Below are positions 25,850 to 34,218 of a stretch of DNA of 64,000 bases, in pieces (the stretch's first letter is position 1; every line of letters begins with the position of its first letter). This DNA comes from a virus, in the IMG/VR virus record IMGVR_UViG_3300032246_001783, positions 7,592 through 71,591 of that record; one strand, written 5' to 3'. The translations under genes were made by a program, and so were the position numbers. The notes under the pieces were generated by a model that searched no databases, was not told where the DNA came from, and saw nothing but the letters and a program-made list of their open reading frames with translations.

Positions 25850-28048
25850 TTATTCCAAACCAGCAAGTGTTCTAATTAGGCTGATTTCTTTTGGAACAAT
25901 TTCTTTAGGTTGTCCACTTTTATCCAAAACATCGCCCTTGCCTAGGTCCAATCTGGCCTTGTGATTTTCGATTCTGGTTTTGAAGTCTTCCATCTTCTTT
26001 ACATCGCCTTGTGCTTTTGCTTGATCATAAAACTGGGTCAATTGTTGTAATTGAGGGCTTGCTTGGTAGGCCTGATTGGCTAGATGATTATTTACTCCCC
26101 AAAGGCTCGCTGCTCCTGCTGCCAGATTACGAATCATGCCTTCATCAGTCATATTGTCAGAGACGTCGAGACTTTCGACTTTTGCTTTAACATTACCCAG
26201 CAACTCTTTTAAGCGTGCCAGTCCGTCATCCCCATGACCATCGGCTACATTACCATGCTTTTGGTGCCATTGCTGAGTAAGTTTTTCCATGAATTGTTCT
26301 GCAAGTTGGCGAGCCTGAACGCCTGCCTTTTCACCAAATTTTTCACTGATTTCTTTTTCTACATCCAATAAGATTCCTTCTTGACCATTAAACGGCCCCA
26401 CAGTTGGATTATCTCTGTTATATCTACTTTTAACAATTTCGGCAATTTGCTTAATCATAGTATTGCCTTGACCTTCTGCAACCGGTTGCTGTACAGGAGG
26501 TGCTGCTGTCGCTGCTGCTGGGGCCGGAGCAGGTGCTGCTGGGGCCGGAGTAGGTGCTGCCGGTTGTTGTACTTGTGGTTCAGGTTGAGGAGCAGGTTCG
26601 GCTTCGGGCTGGCTCAACCCTAACTCATTAGAAATTTCGTTTGCTACGTTTTCAAATCCATTAGCATTAGCCCATTCAATAAAACTAGTGATCGGTGTTT
26701 TACTAGAATCATGTTCTGCATCTTTTGAGTCGTCCTGTAATCTTCCTTCGAGGTCGTCTATTTTTTCCTGTGGTAAAAATTCAGGACTAATTCCTAGACC
26801 TTGGAAAAATTCAAATGCGGTTTGACCATCTACTCCAAATTCTAGGGAAGAGTTTTCCTTGATAGCGGATATTAATGATCTAATTTGATCATCGGTTAGT
26901 TGCCCTTGCTCGACTGCTTCGGCCCAGGATTCGAATTGTGAGAATGCGTCTTCTTTTACTTCCTCATCGCACTCACATTTGCTTTCCCACATTCCGCATT
27001 CGTCGCACTTTTCTTCTTCAGTTTCATTGACAAATTCTTCTAGATCTACAGTATTTGTTTCTCGCATGATCTTGTGTAGTAATGGAAAGAACCCTGCTAA
27101 TTCTTCCTGAAAATTAGTTTGTGTAAATTTTTGTTTGTACTCTTCCATAGTGACATCATCTATTTCTAGACCGTCATCGTTCACTTCTTGCTCGTTAAAT
27201 TCTGCAATCCAATTCTCGTAATGATGTCTCTTGCCCAGTGCTTCGATTTGAGCCTTAAGTTCAGTTAATCGACTTAAGGCACGATCTCTAATTCCAGTAG
27301 CATCATCGTGCAGGGTTTGGTGTTGAATTTTTTTCTGGAATTCACTCAATTGAGCAATTGCTTCACTCATACCAATAATTGCTTTACCTGCAGGATCATG
27401 GGGTATTCCACCATGGTCAACGTGCTGTGCCATAGCAAATGCTCCGGCAGGATGAATAAATGGATATTTAAAACGCTCGCCGTCTTTATTCTGGATAAAA
27501 ATAGCCTTAATGTTTTTACGCTGACTTCTAGAGCCGGGAAACATATCATCTACCGGGCTACTATGTCTTACAATAACTTCTGTCTTGCCTCGAACTGCTC
27601 GGCTGGTTTTTTTGGTACTTCTATGGTTCCATCTAGATTCGTTCATGTTCATGGTTTCATCTTCCTTAGGGCCCTGGGTTGTGGCCAGATGTTGAAAATC
27701 ATTTTTATCAAGATTACTTTTTGATATATCCCTAGTATCAAATCTTAGCAATCTACGCATAGCAAATAATCTCATTTCTTTAAGAAAATCATACCATATC
27801 TGCTTGGCAGGATCATCTTGATTTTCTGTTATACCCTGACTATAATAAATTTTTAAACTGCCTAGGTCGTTAAGACTGATACTAACTCGACCTAGATCGT
27901 TGCCCTCATTAACAAAATCGAAATCAAAAAATCTTGCTTCTGCGGGGTCAATAGTAACTGCACCTGTTTCGTCACCCATTTCCAAATTGGTAAAACGGCT
28001 ACGGACTTTGTCAAAAAGATCCTGGGATATTATTTGTATAGGTTTCAT
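25850..28048 (-). CDS. large acidic protein, probably head-associated
   Basis: 732 aa, Pro/Ala linker, late motif, next to the terminase. Confidence 0.6.
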   Translation of the reverse strand: MKPIQIISQDLFDKVRSRFTNLEMGDETGAVTIDPAEARFFDFDFVNEGNDLGRVSISLNDLGSLKIYYSQGITENQDDPAKQIWYDFLKEMRLFAMRRLLRFDTRDISKSNLDKNDFQHLATTQGPKEDETMNMNESRWNHRSTKKTSRAVRGKTEVIVRHSSPVDDMFPGSRSQRKNIKAIFIQNKDGERFKYPFIHPAGAFAMAQHVDHGGIPHDPAGKAIIGMSEAIAQLSEFQKKIQHQTLHDDATGIRDRALSRLTELKAQIEALGKRHHYENWIAEFNEQEVNDDGLEIDDVTMEEYKQKFTQTNFQEELAGFFPLLHKIMRETNTVDLEEFVNETEEEKCDECGMWESKCECDEEVKEDAFSQFESWAEAVEQGQLTDDQIRSLISAIKENSSLEFGVDGQTAFEFFQGLGISPEFLPQEKIDDLEGRLQDDSKDAEHDSSKTPITSFIEWANANGFENVANEISNELGLSQPEAEPAPQPEPQVQQPAAPTPAPAAPAPAPAAATAAPPVQQPVAEGQGNTMIKQIAEIVKSRYNRDNPTVGPFNGQEGILLDVEKEISEKFGEKAGVQARQLAEQFMEKLTQQWHQKHGNVADGHGDDGLARLKELLGNVKAKVESLDVSDNMTDEGMIRNLAAGAASLWGVNNHLANQAYQASPQLQQLTQFYDQAKAQGDVKKMEDFKTRIENHKARLDLGKGDVLDKSGQPKEIVPKEISLIRTLAGLE

Positions 28049-28059
28049 AGAATTATTTA

Positions 28060-29646
28060 TTAAAAATTCGAAATGTAAATGGGCATAGGCATAACAAACT
28101 CGTCCTCTCGTTCTTCCCGCAATTTGTCATAAATCGCAGGATCCCATTCTTGCAGCATCACGGTCATACGAACTGCTAACAACATACTGCTAACTAGGTC
28201 ATCATTACTGCCTGTTTTACCTTCAAAACTTATGCCCTTGGCCACATAGGTCTTAAGTTCTGATATAAGAGGTTTAGAATTGATTATGATTCTGTTGCTT
28301 TCTATTAGATGTTTAAGTTTGGCACAAATAGAAATTTTGCTGCTGTGTGTGGTATTAAATCCTTTGCGGAATCTACGCACATGTCCTTTTTTAATAGGTT
28401 CGCTAAGAAAAAGTCCCGGTATACTTTCTTCGCCTATCTCGCTAATAGCCACTAGTGCTGCTTCACCGACAGCATTGTTTTCTACTGAATAATATATGCT
28501 GGCCTGCTGTCCTTTGGCCGCACATTCATCATTGATATAATTGCAAAGATCTCTCAGGATACGGACCTGTGCCTGTATAGTAGTTAGATTATGCTGCCAC
28601 TCTGCCACTTGAGTAAAACTAGGTATTTCTAATATTTGTATAGCAGCAGGGTCGCCACCTGTACCCAAACTAGGATCCAGTGCAACAATATAGGTACTTG
28701 AGGGATTAATTTTTTTGTACCAGCGTGCTTGCCCCATTTTCATTATAGGATCTGTGCCTTCAAGTTCTGCAAGTTTAAGACTGTTGATTAATGTTTCATC
28801 AAAAATCAAAAATTCGCAGGCGTGTTCTCTCCGGAACCTCTCCTCCCCTACCCTGCTACGCTCAGTATCTGCCCATTTTTCATCACGATCTGGATGTTCA
28901 TTCCATATAGCCAAGTAGGGAAAAAATCCGTTTCTACCCAATTCTGTTTGATTGCCAAATTCATCAAATCGTTTGTTTGCCTCTTTCCAGATTAGAGAGA
29001 ATTGATCCTCATCACTGTTTGGTGTGCTGGTTATAATGGCCTTACCACCAGTGGCCAGCGTGGGCGAAATACTGGTCCAAAATTCAACGGCGATATTGGG
29101 CTCAACATAGGCAAACTCGTCTAGGTATAATAGCGAAATACTCATACCCCGGCCGGTTGTTTCTGTTGTTGTTTGTGCTACTATTCTACTGCCATTTTCA
29201 AACTCTATACTCTGCTTGTTATAACTGGTTACACCTGCTCGTACATTGTCAGGGCAAGTTTCATATGCATATCGTAATCGTTGCATAATTTCTTGTGCAC
29301 CTGTGTACTTGTGGGCAGCAATAAGAATTGTACTATCCGGTACAAACATAGCATACCAAAGTAAGTAACCTACGGCTGTGGTGGTTTTTCCCATCTGCCT
29401 CCCTAACATATTCACGCTAAATCTATGTGTGTGATAACTGTGCAGCAGTTTAGTTTGATATGCATAGGCTTGATATTGTATTTTGCCTTTTACCGGATGC
29501 TGGATGAAAAAGAAATTGTTTAAAAAATAGTCAGCCCCAGTATCAGGATCCATACATTTAGAAAGATCTTCAATGTCTTTTTCAGTGTATTTCTGCGTAC
29601 TATGAGCAGTCTTTACCAGTTTATTGTCAACGTTTTTACTAGCCAT
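28060..29646 (-). CDS. terminase large subunit (gp17-like)
   Basis: RQMGKTT, LYLDEFA, STPN, nuclease DPSLG and DDLV. Confidence 0.93.
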   Translation of the reverse strand: MASKNVDNKLVKTAHSTQKYTEKDIEDLSKCMDPDTGADYFLNNFFFIQHPVKGKIQYQAYAYQTKLLHSYHTHRFSVNMLGRQMGKTTTAVGYLLWYAMFVPDSTILIAAHKYTGAQEIMQRLRYAYETCPDNVRAGVTSYNKQSIEFENGSRIVAQTTTETTGRGMSISLLYLDEFAYVEPNIAVEFWTSISPTLATGGKAIITSTPNSDEDQFSLIWKEANKRFDEFGNQTELGRNGFFPYLAIWNEHPDRDEKWADTERSRVGEERFRREHACEFLIFDETLINSLKLAELEGTDPIMKMGQARWYKKINPSSTYIVALDPSLGTGGDPAAIQILEIPSFTQVAEWQHNLTTIQAQVRILRDLCNYINDECAAKGQQASIYYSVENNAVGEAALVAISEIGEESIPGLFLSEPIKKGHVRRFRKGFNTTHSSKISICAKLKHLIESNRIIINSKPLISELKTYVAKGISFEGKTGSNDDLVSSMLLAVRMTVMLQEWDPAIYDKLREEREDEFVMPMPIYISNF

Positions 29647-29660
29647 AATATTATTTACTG

Positions 29661-29688
29661 AAAAAAATAGCCTCCGAAGAGGCTATTT
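29661..29688 (-). terminator. intrinsic terminator with a cUUCGg loop
   Basis: Minus strand AAATAGCCTC-TTCG-GAGGCTATTTTTTT. Confidence 0.85.
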
Positions 29689-29706
29689 GGTGGGAATGAA
29701 ATAAAA

Positions 29707-30486
29707 TTACTCTTGCTCTTCACTGATAAACTTCTTATATTCTGCCATTAACTGTTGTTCCATTGCTGAAACATGTGCAACAGGATGACCCATCATGTTT
29801 CTGCCCTGGGCTGCACCCGGACTACCTGCCGGATCTTGGTTTGCAGGAACTTCACCGTGCAACTCAGGAATCGACTCGTTATCCCACTCGTCAACTTTCT
29901 CTTCTTCACTATCTCCTTCACCATCTGCAGGATTCATTTTATCAATAACTGAACGCATAGTAGTAGTAGCATCCATTTCTGGTGGACCAGCAGGTTCCAA
30001 TGTTTGTGCTGCAGGTTCTGAACTTACAGGCATTTCTGAATCTTTGTTTAAACCAGCGAGACTCATGATATCTTTGAGCATGCCGCTTAGTTCTTCACCC
30101 GAGGCTGCGGTCATATTAATACTAGCAGGCATATGAGGTTGGCTCATAGAGCCCATCGAGTCCATCATGCCGCATTCTTCTAAACTTTCATTAACACCGG
30201 TTAGGCTCTTAAAAGCGTGCTGCATCTCTTCGGGAGTATTGTGAACAGACACAAACTCATAACCAGTAGTTGACGCAGGACCGACAAATTTATGAATTTC
30301 GTACTTACCGTCGTTTTTGTTTTGAAGTAAAACAAATTCCCCCTTGGGAGTTTTACGGTTAGCGATAATCTTATGACCGCTAGATACCATTTGGTCAATG
30401 CCTTCTTCTATGCCCTGATGTTGAACAATATTAGGATTTTGTGCATCTAGTTCAGCAAGACGCTTGAGTACATCGATCATTTGCAT
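29707..30486 (-). CDS. hypothetical acidic (head-related?) protein
   Basis: 259 aa, low complexity, in the late operon. Confidence 0.65.
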   Translation of the reverse strand: MQMIDVLKRLAELDAQNPNIVQHQGIEEGIDQMVSSGHKIIANRKTPKGEFVLLQNKNDGKYEIHKFVGPASTTGYEFVSVHNTPEEMQHAFKSLTGVNESLEECGMMDSMGSMSQPHMPASINMTAASGEELSGMLKDIMSLAGLNKDSEMPVSSEPAAQTLEPAGPPEMDATTTMRSVIDKMNPADGEGDSEEEKVDEWDNESIPELHGEVPANQDPAGSPGAAQGRNMMGHPVAHVSAMEQQLMAEYKKFISEEQE

Positions 30487-30488
30487 AA

Positions 30489-31076
30489 TTATTTCCTTGG
30501 GTCTGGTGCCTGCTGAACAGGACTTTTTTCGTTTATAGCACTGTCTGTATTATATTTGGCAGCACCTTCCGTGGGTATTTCTTCACCGCGTTCTTTGCGT
30601 TGCAATTTAAGAATATCATTTAATTCTTTTACAAAACCGCTGTTATATTTGTCACCATAAAAATCTTCAAACTTAGCATTACCTGCTTCTTTATAATCTG
30701 GGTCGTCTAGTAGTGCACCGCTTCTAGGTTCTTCAATATGCTGATATTCTTCAGTAGGCTCACCGGGACGACGAACTGCTAAATGACTCTTGTTAATACC
30801 GCAATGATTAGCAATATACTCAGTAAGTTCAAACTGTGTAGTAGGATAATCAAGTGTGACTTCATATATATTAACTTCGCAGTTCTTAACTTGAGGGAAA
30901 TCTAAAGGAAGATCTTGAATCGGAGTTTTACCCGACTTCTTAAATCCCGCAACTGAATACTTACTTAGAGCAGTTTTTAAATTAGATTCTTGCTCGGCAG
31001 TAAAATCTCCAGCAATTTTAATGCGGAAGTCATATTGTTTTTTAGATTCTGTTAGGTGTTCTTTAAATGATTTCAT
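30489..31076 (-). CDS. hypothetical virion protein
   Basis: N-terminus MKSFKEHLTE resembles a T4 capsid-targeting sequence. Confidence 0.65.
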   Translation of the reverse strand: MKSFKEHLTESKKQYDFRIKIAGDFTAEQESNLKTALSKYSVAGFKKSGKTPIQDLPLDFPQVKNCEVNIYEVTLDYPTTQFELTEYIANHCGINKSHLAVRRPGEPTEEYQHIEEPRSGALLDDPDYKEAGNAKFEDFYGDKYNSGFVKELNDILKLQRKERGEEIPTEGAAKYNTDSAINEKSPVQQAPDPRK

Positions 31077-31082
31077 GATATC

Positions 31083-31562
31083 TTATTTATTCAAGTTCTT
31101 GAGTTTTTCCAGTATGCTGTTTCGATCAGTAACAATATACCCTTCACCTTCCATGGTGTTACCACTACCCTCGCCGTGTTTTTTATCTATGGCCAATTTT
31201 TTCAATTGTAGATCAACCATTTTTAACTTTTTGTCAATCTTGTTTGTTTTAGCAGTAATGGCAGCACTCATCATCTGTGCAGCAACTTCGAACATACGGG
31301 CACCATATCGGGCTTCTACGTTCATACCGAGATTCATAAGATCATCGTAGGCCTGTTCTGCCTTGGCCGCTAGTGCATCAAGTTCTGCGTCACTGACATC
31401 ACCTAGTCCCTTGACTCTAGGCAATGCAGCAGCGATTTTATCAAACTCTTCTAGTTTTTCTTGAAGATCAATAGTGGGCACAGGAACATTATCAGCAGGC
31501 TCCGGGGCTATTACTGGCTCGGCATCAGGTAAATTTAAGATTTCTTCTAATCGTTTTGTCAT
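31083..31562 (-). CDS. putative terminase small subunit
   Basis: Helical 159 aa with ARMFEVA and a coiled coil; location. Confidence 0.4.
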   Translation of the reverse strand: MTKRLEEILNLPDAEPVIAPEPADNVPVPTIDLQEKLEEFDKIAAALPRVKGLGDVSDAELDALAAKAEQAYDDLMNLGMNVEARYGARMFEVAAQMMSAAITAKTNKIDKKLKMVDLQLKKLAIDKKHGEGSGNTMEGEGYIVTDRNSILEKLKNLNK

Positions 31563-31576
31563 AATAATTGTACTTA

Positions 31577-32017
31577 TTATTTTTTGCCCGTATTAGAGAA
31601 AATATCAGTTTCATTAAGTACTCTAAATCCTACTCCATTTTGCCGACACCAATTTGATGCGGCAGCCCACTTGGCCTGATTCTTAACAAATTGTGCTTGA
31701 TTATAAGGATTCTTACCCACACGCTCTTTTAGAGTTTGATTAGCAGGTTTGATTTCTACAAGTTCTGCATGTTTCTTCATATTCTTGTCCAGATATATTA
31801 TTAAAAAATCTGGAACATACACAGTTTGTTTACCTGTCAGCGGATCTCTATAGGGAATTTTTAAAGGCTCGCTGCTCCATTGTTGAATACTGGGGTTATT
31901 ATCGCAGAATGTCATAAAGGTGAACTCCCAGCTGCTTCGATATGTAGGCATTTTACCGCCTACATATTTTTCTGGGTTTTTTACCTTATAAACACCTTGG
32001 CTAAATCGTAGGCTCAT
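31577..32017 (-). CDS. head completion nuclease (gp4-like, TnsA-type PD-(D/E)xK)
   Basis: YRSSWE, YVPDF, EIKP, N.AKW.AA motifs. Confidence 0.85.
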   Translation of the reverse strand: MSLRFSQGVYKVKNPEKYVGGKMPTYRSSWEFTFMTFCDNNPSIQQWSSEPLKIPYRDPLTGKQTVYVPDFLIIYLDKNMKKHAELVEIKPANQTLKERVGKNPYNQAQFVKNQAKWAAASNWCRQNGVGFRVLNETDIFSNTGKK

Positions 32018-32385
32018 GCAATGATATTACGAAATATTTCTTGATTGGGCTTAAAGGGTTGTGCATAGCCTAAACTACTTGTTTTGAATCTATTGTAATT
32101 TAGTATTTCAGAAACTAACCCTGACAGTTCTACATCAGTTAACCCTCGCATGGTATCTAAAATTTGCATAGGATTATACCCGTCTTGCTTGGCCTGTATC
32201 ATTATTGTAGTTGCAATAGATTCAGCAGCAACCTCACCAAAGTTTCTGCTGGTAAAATATGCAGTCATTGCAGCCAAGGAGGTAGAGTTCAATTCGATAG
32301 GTGCCGAGTAGTAACTATTGAATGTTTGCACCGTGGCATCTACACTGCCGCTATCGGTAGGAAGATTTGAATAATTCTGGTTCAT
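32014..32385 (-). CDS. hypothetical structural protein
   Basis: Coupled ORF in the structural operon. Confidence 0.65.
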   Translation of the reverse strand: MNQNYSNLPTDSGSVDATVQTFNSYYSAPIELNSTSLAAMTAYFTSRNFGEVAAESIATTIMIQAKQDGYNPMQILDTMRGLTDVELSGLVSEILNYNRFKTSSLGYAQPFKPNQEIFRNIIA

Positions 32386-32386
32386 G

Positions 32387-33448
32387 TTATGTTCTATAAA
32401 TTAAACTGCTTAATTCAGCCACTATTGTATCGTCAACGCTGGAGTTATAACCTTTAAAAATATTAATTCCTGCATCGCCCGGTGAATTAAATGTACCAAA
32501 CTGAGATGAATAATCAATCCCTGCGTCTATGTTAGATAGATTACCCAAGGTTCCCCCTAAAATAGAATATCCAGCAGGTTGAGATTTACTAGCATTTGTT
32601 GAGTCAAAAGAAAAATTATTTAAACTTACGTTACTTCTTAATGGATTTTCTGCAGTATAAGTCCCCCGAGTGTCTCCTGCTACATCCGATAATGATAAAG
32701 ATTGTTTACTGTTGCCTACTGATAATGATCCGGGTTTAGAATCGTAATAGACTGTTAATTTTGAATTAACATTAGGATCATTCTTGATAATACCTTGATT
32801 ATAAAGAACAGTCTCATATCCTATAGTCATTCGATTTCTCAGTATCTTGGTGTTCTCTCCTTGATCAACTGAATCATGCTGCCATTCAGAGATTTTAGGA
32901 TTAACTAACGTATATTGTGTAAATTTTCCGCCATATAAAACAAAGATGTCGATTGATTTAAAAAATGGTTGATTAGCACCTCTACTATATCTACCGTAGA
33001 TATACGAATTGGTACTATATTTGGTATCGGAGAACTCTGCATCAGTATATTCACTATCTATGTAGTAATGTTTAAAATAATGAGTCCATAGAGAATTTGT
33101 AATTTCGCTATTATCATCGTGTAGTTCTATAGTAACTGGATTATAAGTTAACTTAGTCTGTACCAATGTTTTTCTATTATACTGATTTACAGTTTCATTG
33201 GTAATTGCAAATTTAGGAAGATCGGCTCGTTTGGCCAGTAACCCAACTTGATCTTTGCCGCCTGTCTGCTTCCAGGTGCTGTCAAGCACTGATGATGGAT
33301 TAATATTCATTTGAAGGAAGTAAATGAACCCAGCCTTAGGTGCCCTTGCATAATTGCTATCAACATATAGTCGAGATGCGTGTTGATAATCTTTTAACCC
33401 TAGATCAGCGTTACCATTTAAAAAATTTTGATAGGCATTATTACTCAT
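32387..33448 (-). CDS. tail-tube-fold baseplate protein (gp48/gp54-like)
   Basis: ADLPK...NQYNRK...YNPVTIELHDD tube-like segment. Confidence 0.55.
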   Translation of the reverse strand: MSNNAYQNFLNGNADLGLKDYQHASRLYVDSNYARAPKAGFIYFLQMNINPSSVLDSTWKQTGGKDQVGLLAKRADLPKFAITNETVNQYNRKTLVQTKLTYNPVTIELHDDNSEITNSLWTHYFKHYYIDSEYTDAEFSDTKYSTNSYIYGRYSRGANQPFFKSIDIFVLYGGKFTQYTLVNPKISEWQHDSVDQGENTKILRNRMTIGYETVLYNQGIIKNDPNVNSKLTVYYDSKPGSLSVGNSKQSLSLSDVAGDTRGTYTAENPLRSNVSLNNFSFDSTNASKSQPAGYSILGGTLGNLSNIDAGIDYSSQFGTFNSPGDAGINIFKGYNSSVDDTIVAELSSLIYRT

Positions 33449-33467
33449 AATAATATTTAGCCGAAAG

Positions 33468-33495
33468 AAAAGCCTGGGTTTTAAGCCAGGCTTTT
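33468..33495 (-). terminator. intrinsic terminator after the tail tube gene
   Basis: AAAAGCCTGG...CCAGGCTTTT inverted repeat. Confidence 0.8.
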
Positions 33496-33528
33496 GCTTG
33501 ATTAAAAATAGTACTGTTAAGTTATAAA

Positions 33529-34188
33529 TTAACCTTGGAAGATTCCGCCTGCAACTCCAGTAGCAAGTCCTTGATCTGCCGGGCCTCGTATAGCACGGCC
33601 TATAGGTTCACCGACTCCGGATACTGGACCTTGAGATGTTAACTGTTGTATAACATTATCAGCACTAAGAGTCAATGAAATATCCATCGGATCATTACTG
33701 CTATAATCACCGCCTTGGTAAGTAACTTGTTTAATATAGCAACCTAAAAATTCAAAAGATTCTAAAACTACAGGTTCATATGCTCCATTGCCGCCGTCTA
33801 GGATTTCAACTTGCATTCTAAATTTGTAATCTATAGCTGCAGCAGCACTGGCCTGTTCAAAGAAATCAAATTGTTTTTGCATCTGCAGGCCGACAATTCT
33901 ACTTACGCTGCCTGATGCATCATCACGAAGTGTAAGTTTTGGCTCGCCAATTGAATGCTTTCCTGCTATTTTAACAGTACTGTTATAAACCGGCAACTTG
34001 ATTTCTTCAAAAGTAATCTCAGGTCTTGACACATTCATAACCTGCTTGGTTAATTCGGCGTTTTCGAGTCCTGCACCGAATCCGATTAAATTAACTCGAA
34101 AACGATACTTCAGTTTTGGCATTAATAAGCCTTGCGAGGCTGTGCCAGGTATAGGTACTGAAAATCTTTGTAAACTTGCAATTGGCAT
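33529..34188 (-). CDS. tail tube protein (gp19-like)
   Basis: PKLKYRFRV, AGK...LTLRDD; follows the sheath gene; AAGGAG SD. Confidence 0.8.
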   Translation of the reverse strand: MPIASLQRFSVPIPGTASQGLLMPKLKYRFRVNLIGFGAGLENAELTKQVMNVSRPEITFEEIKLPVYNSTVKIAGKHSIGEPKLTLRDDASGSVSRIVGLQMQKQFDFFEQASAAAAIDYKFRMQVEILDGGNGAYEPVVLESFEFLGCYIKQVTYQGGDYSSNDPMDISLTLSADNVIQQLTSQGPVSGVGEPIGRAIRGPADQGLATGVAGGIFQG

Positions 34189-34218
34189 TTAATGCTCCTT
34201 AATCTTTAATATTTATCT

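Noticed and set aside
11390-29646. Inteins or introns in helicase, UvsX, UvsW or terminase
   Set aside because: Lengths are ordinary and the motifs are contiguous, with no splice-junction signatures.
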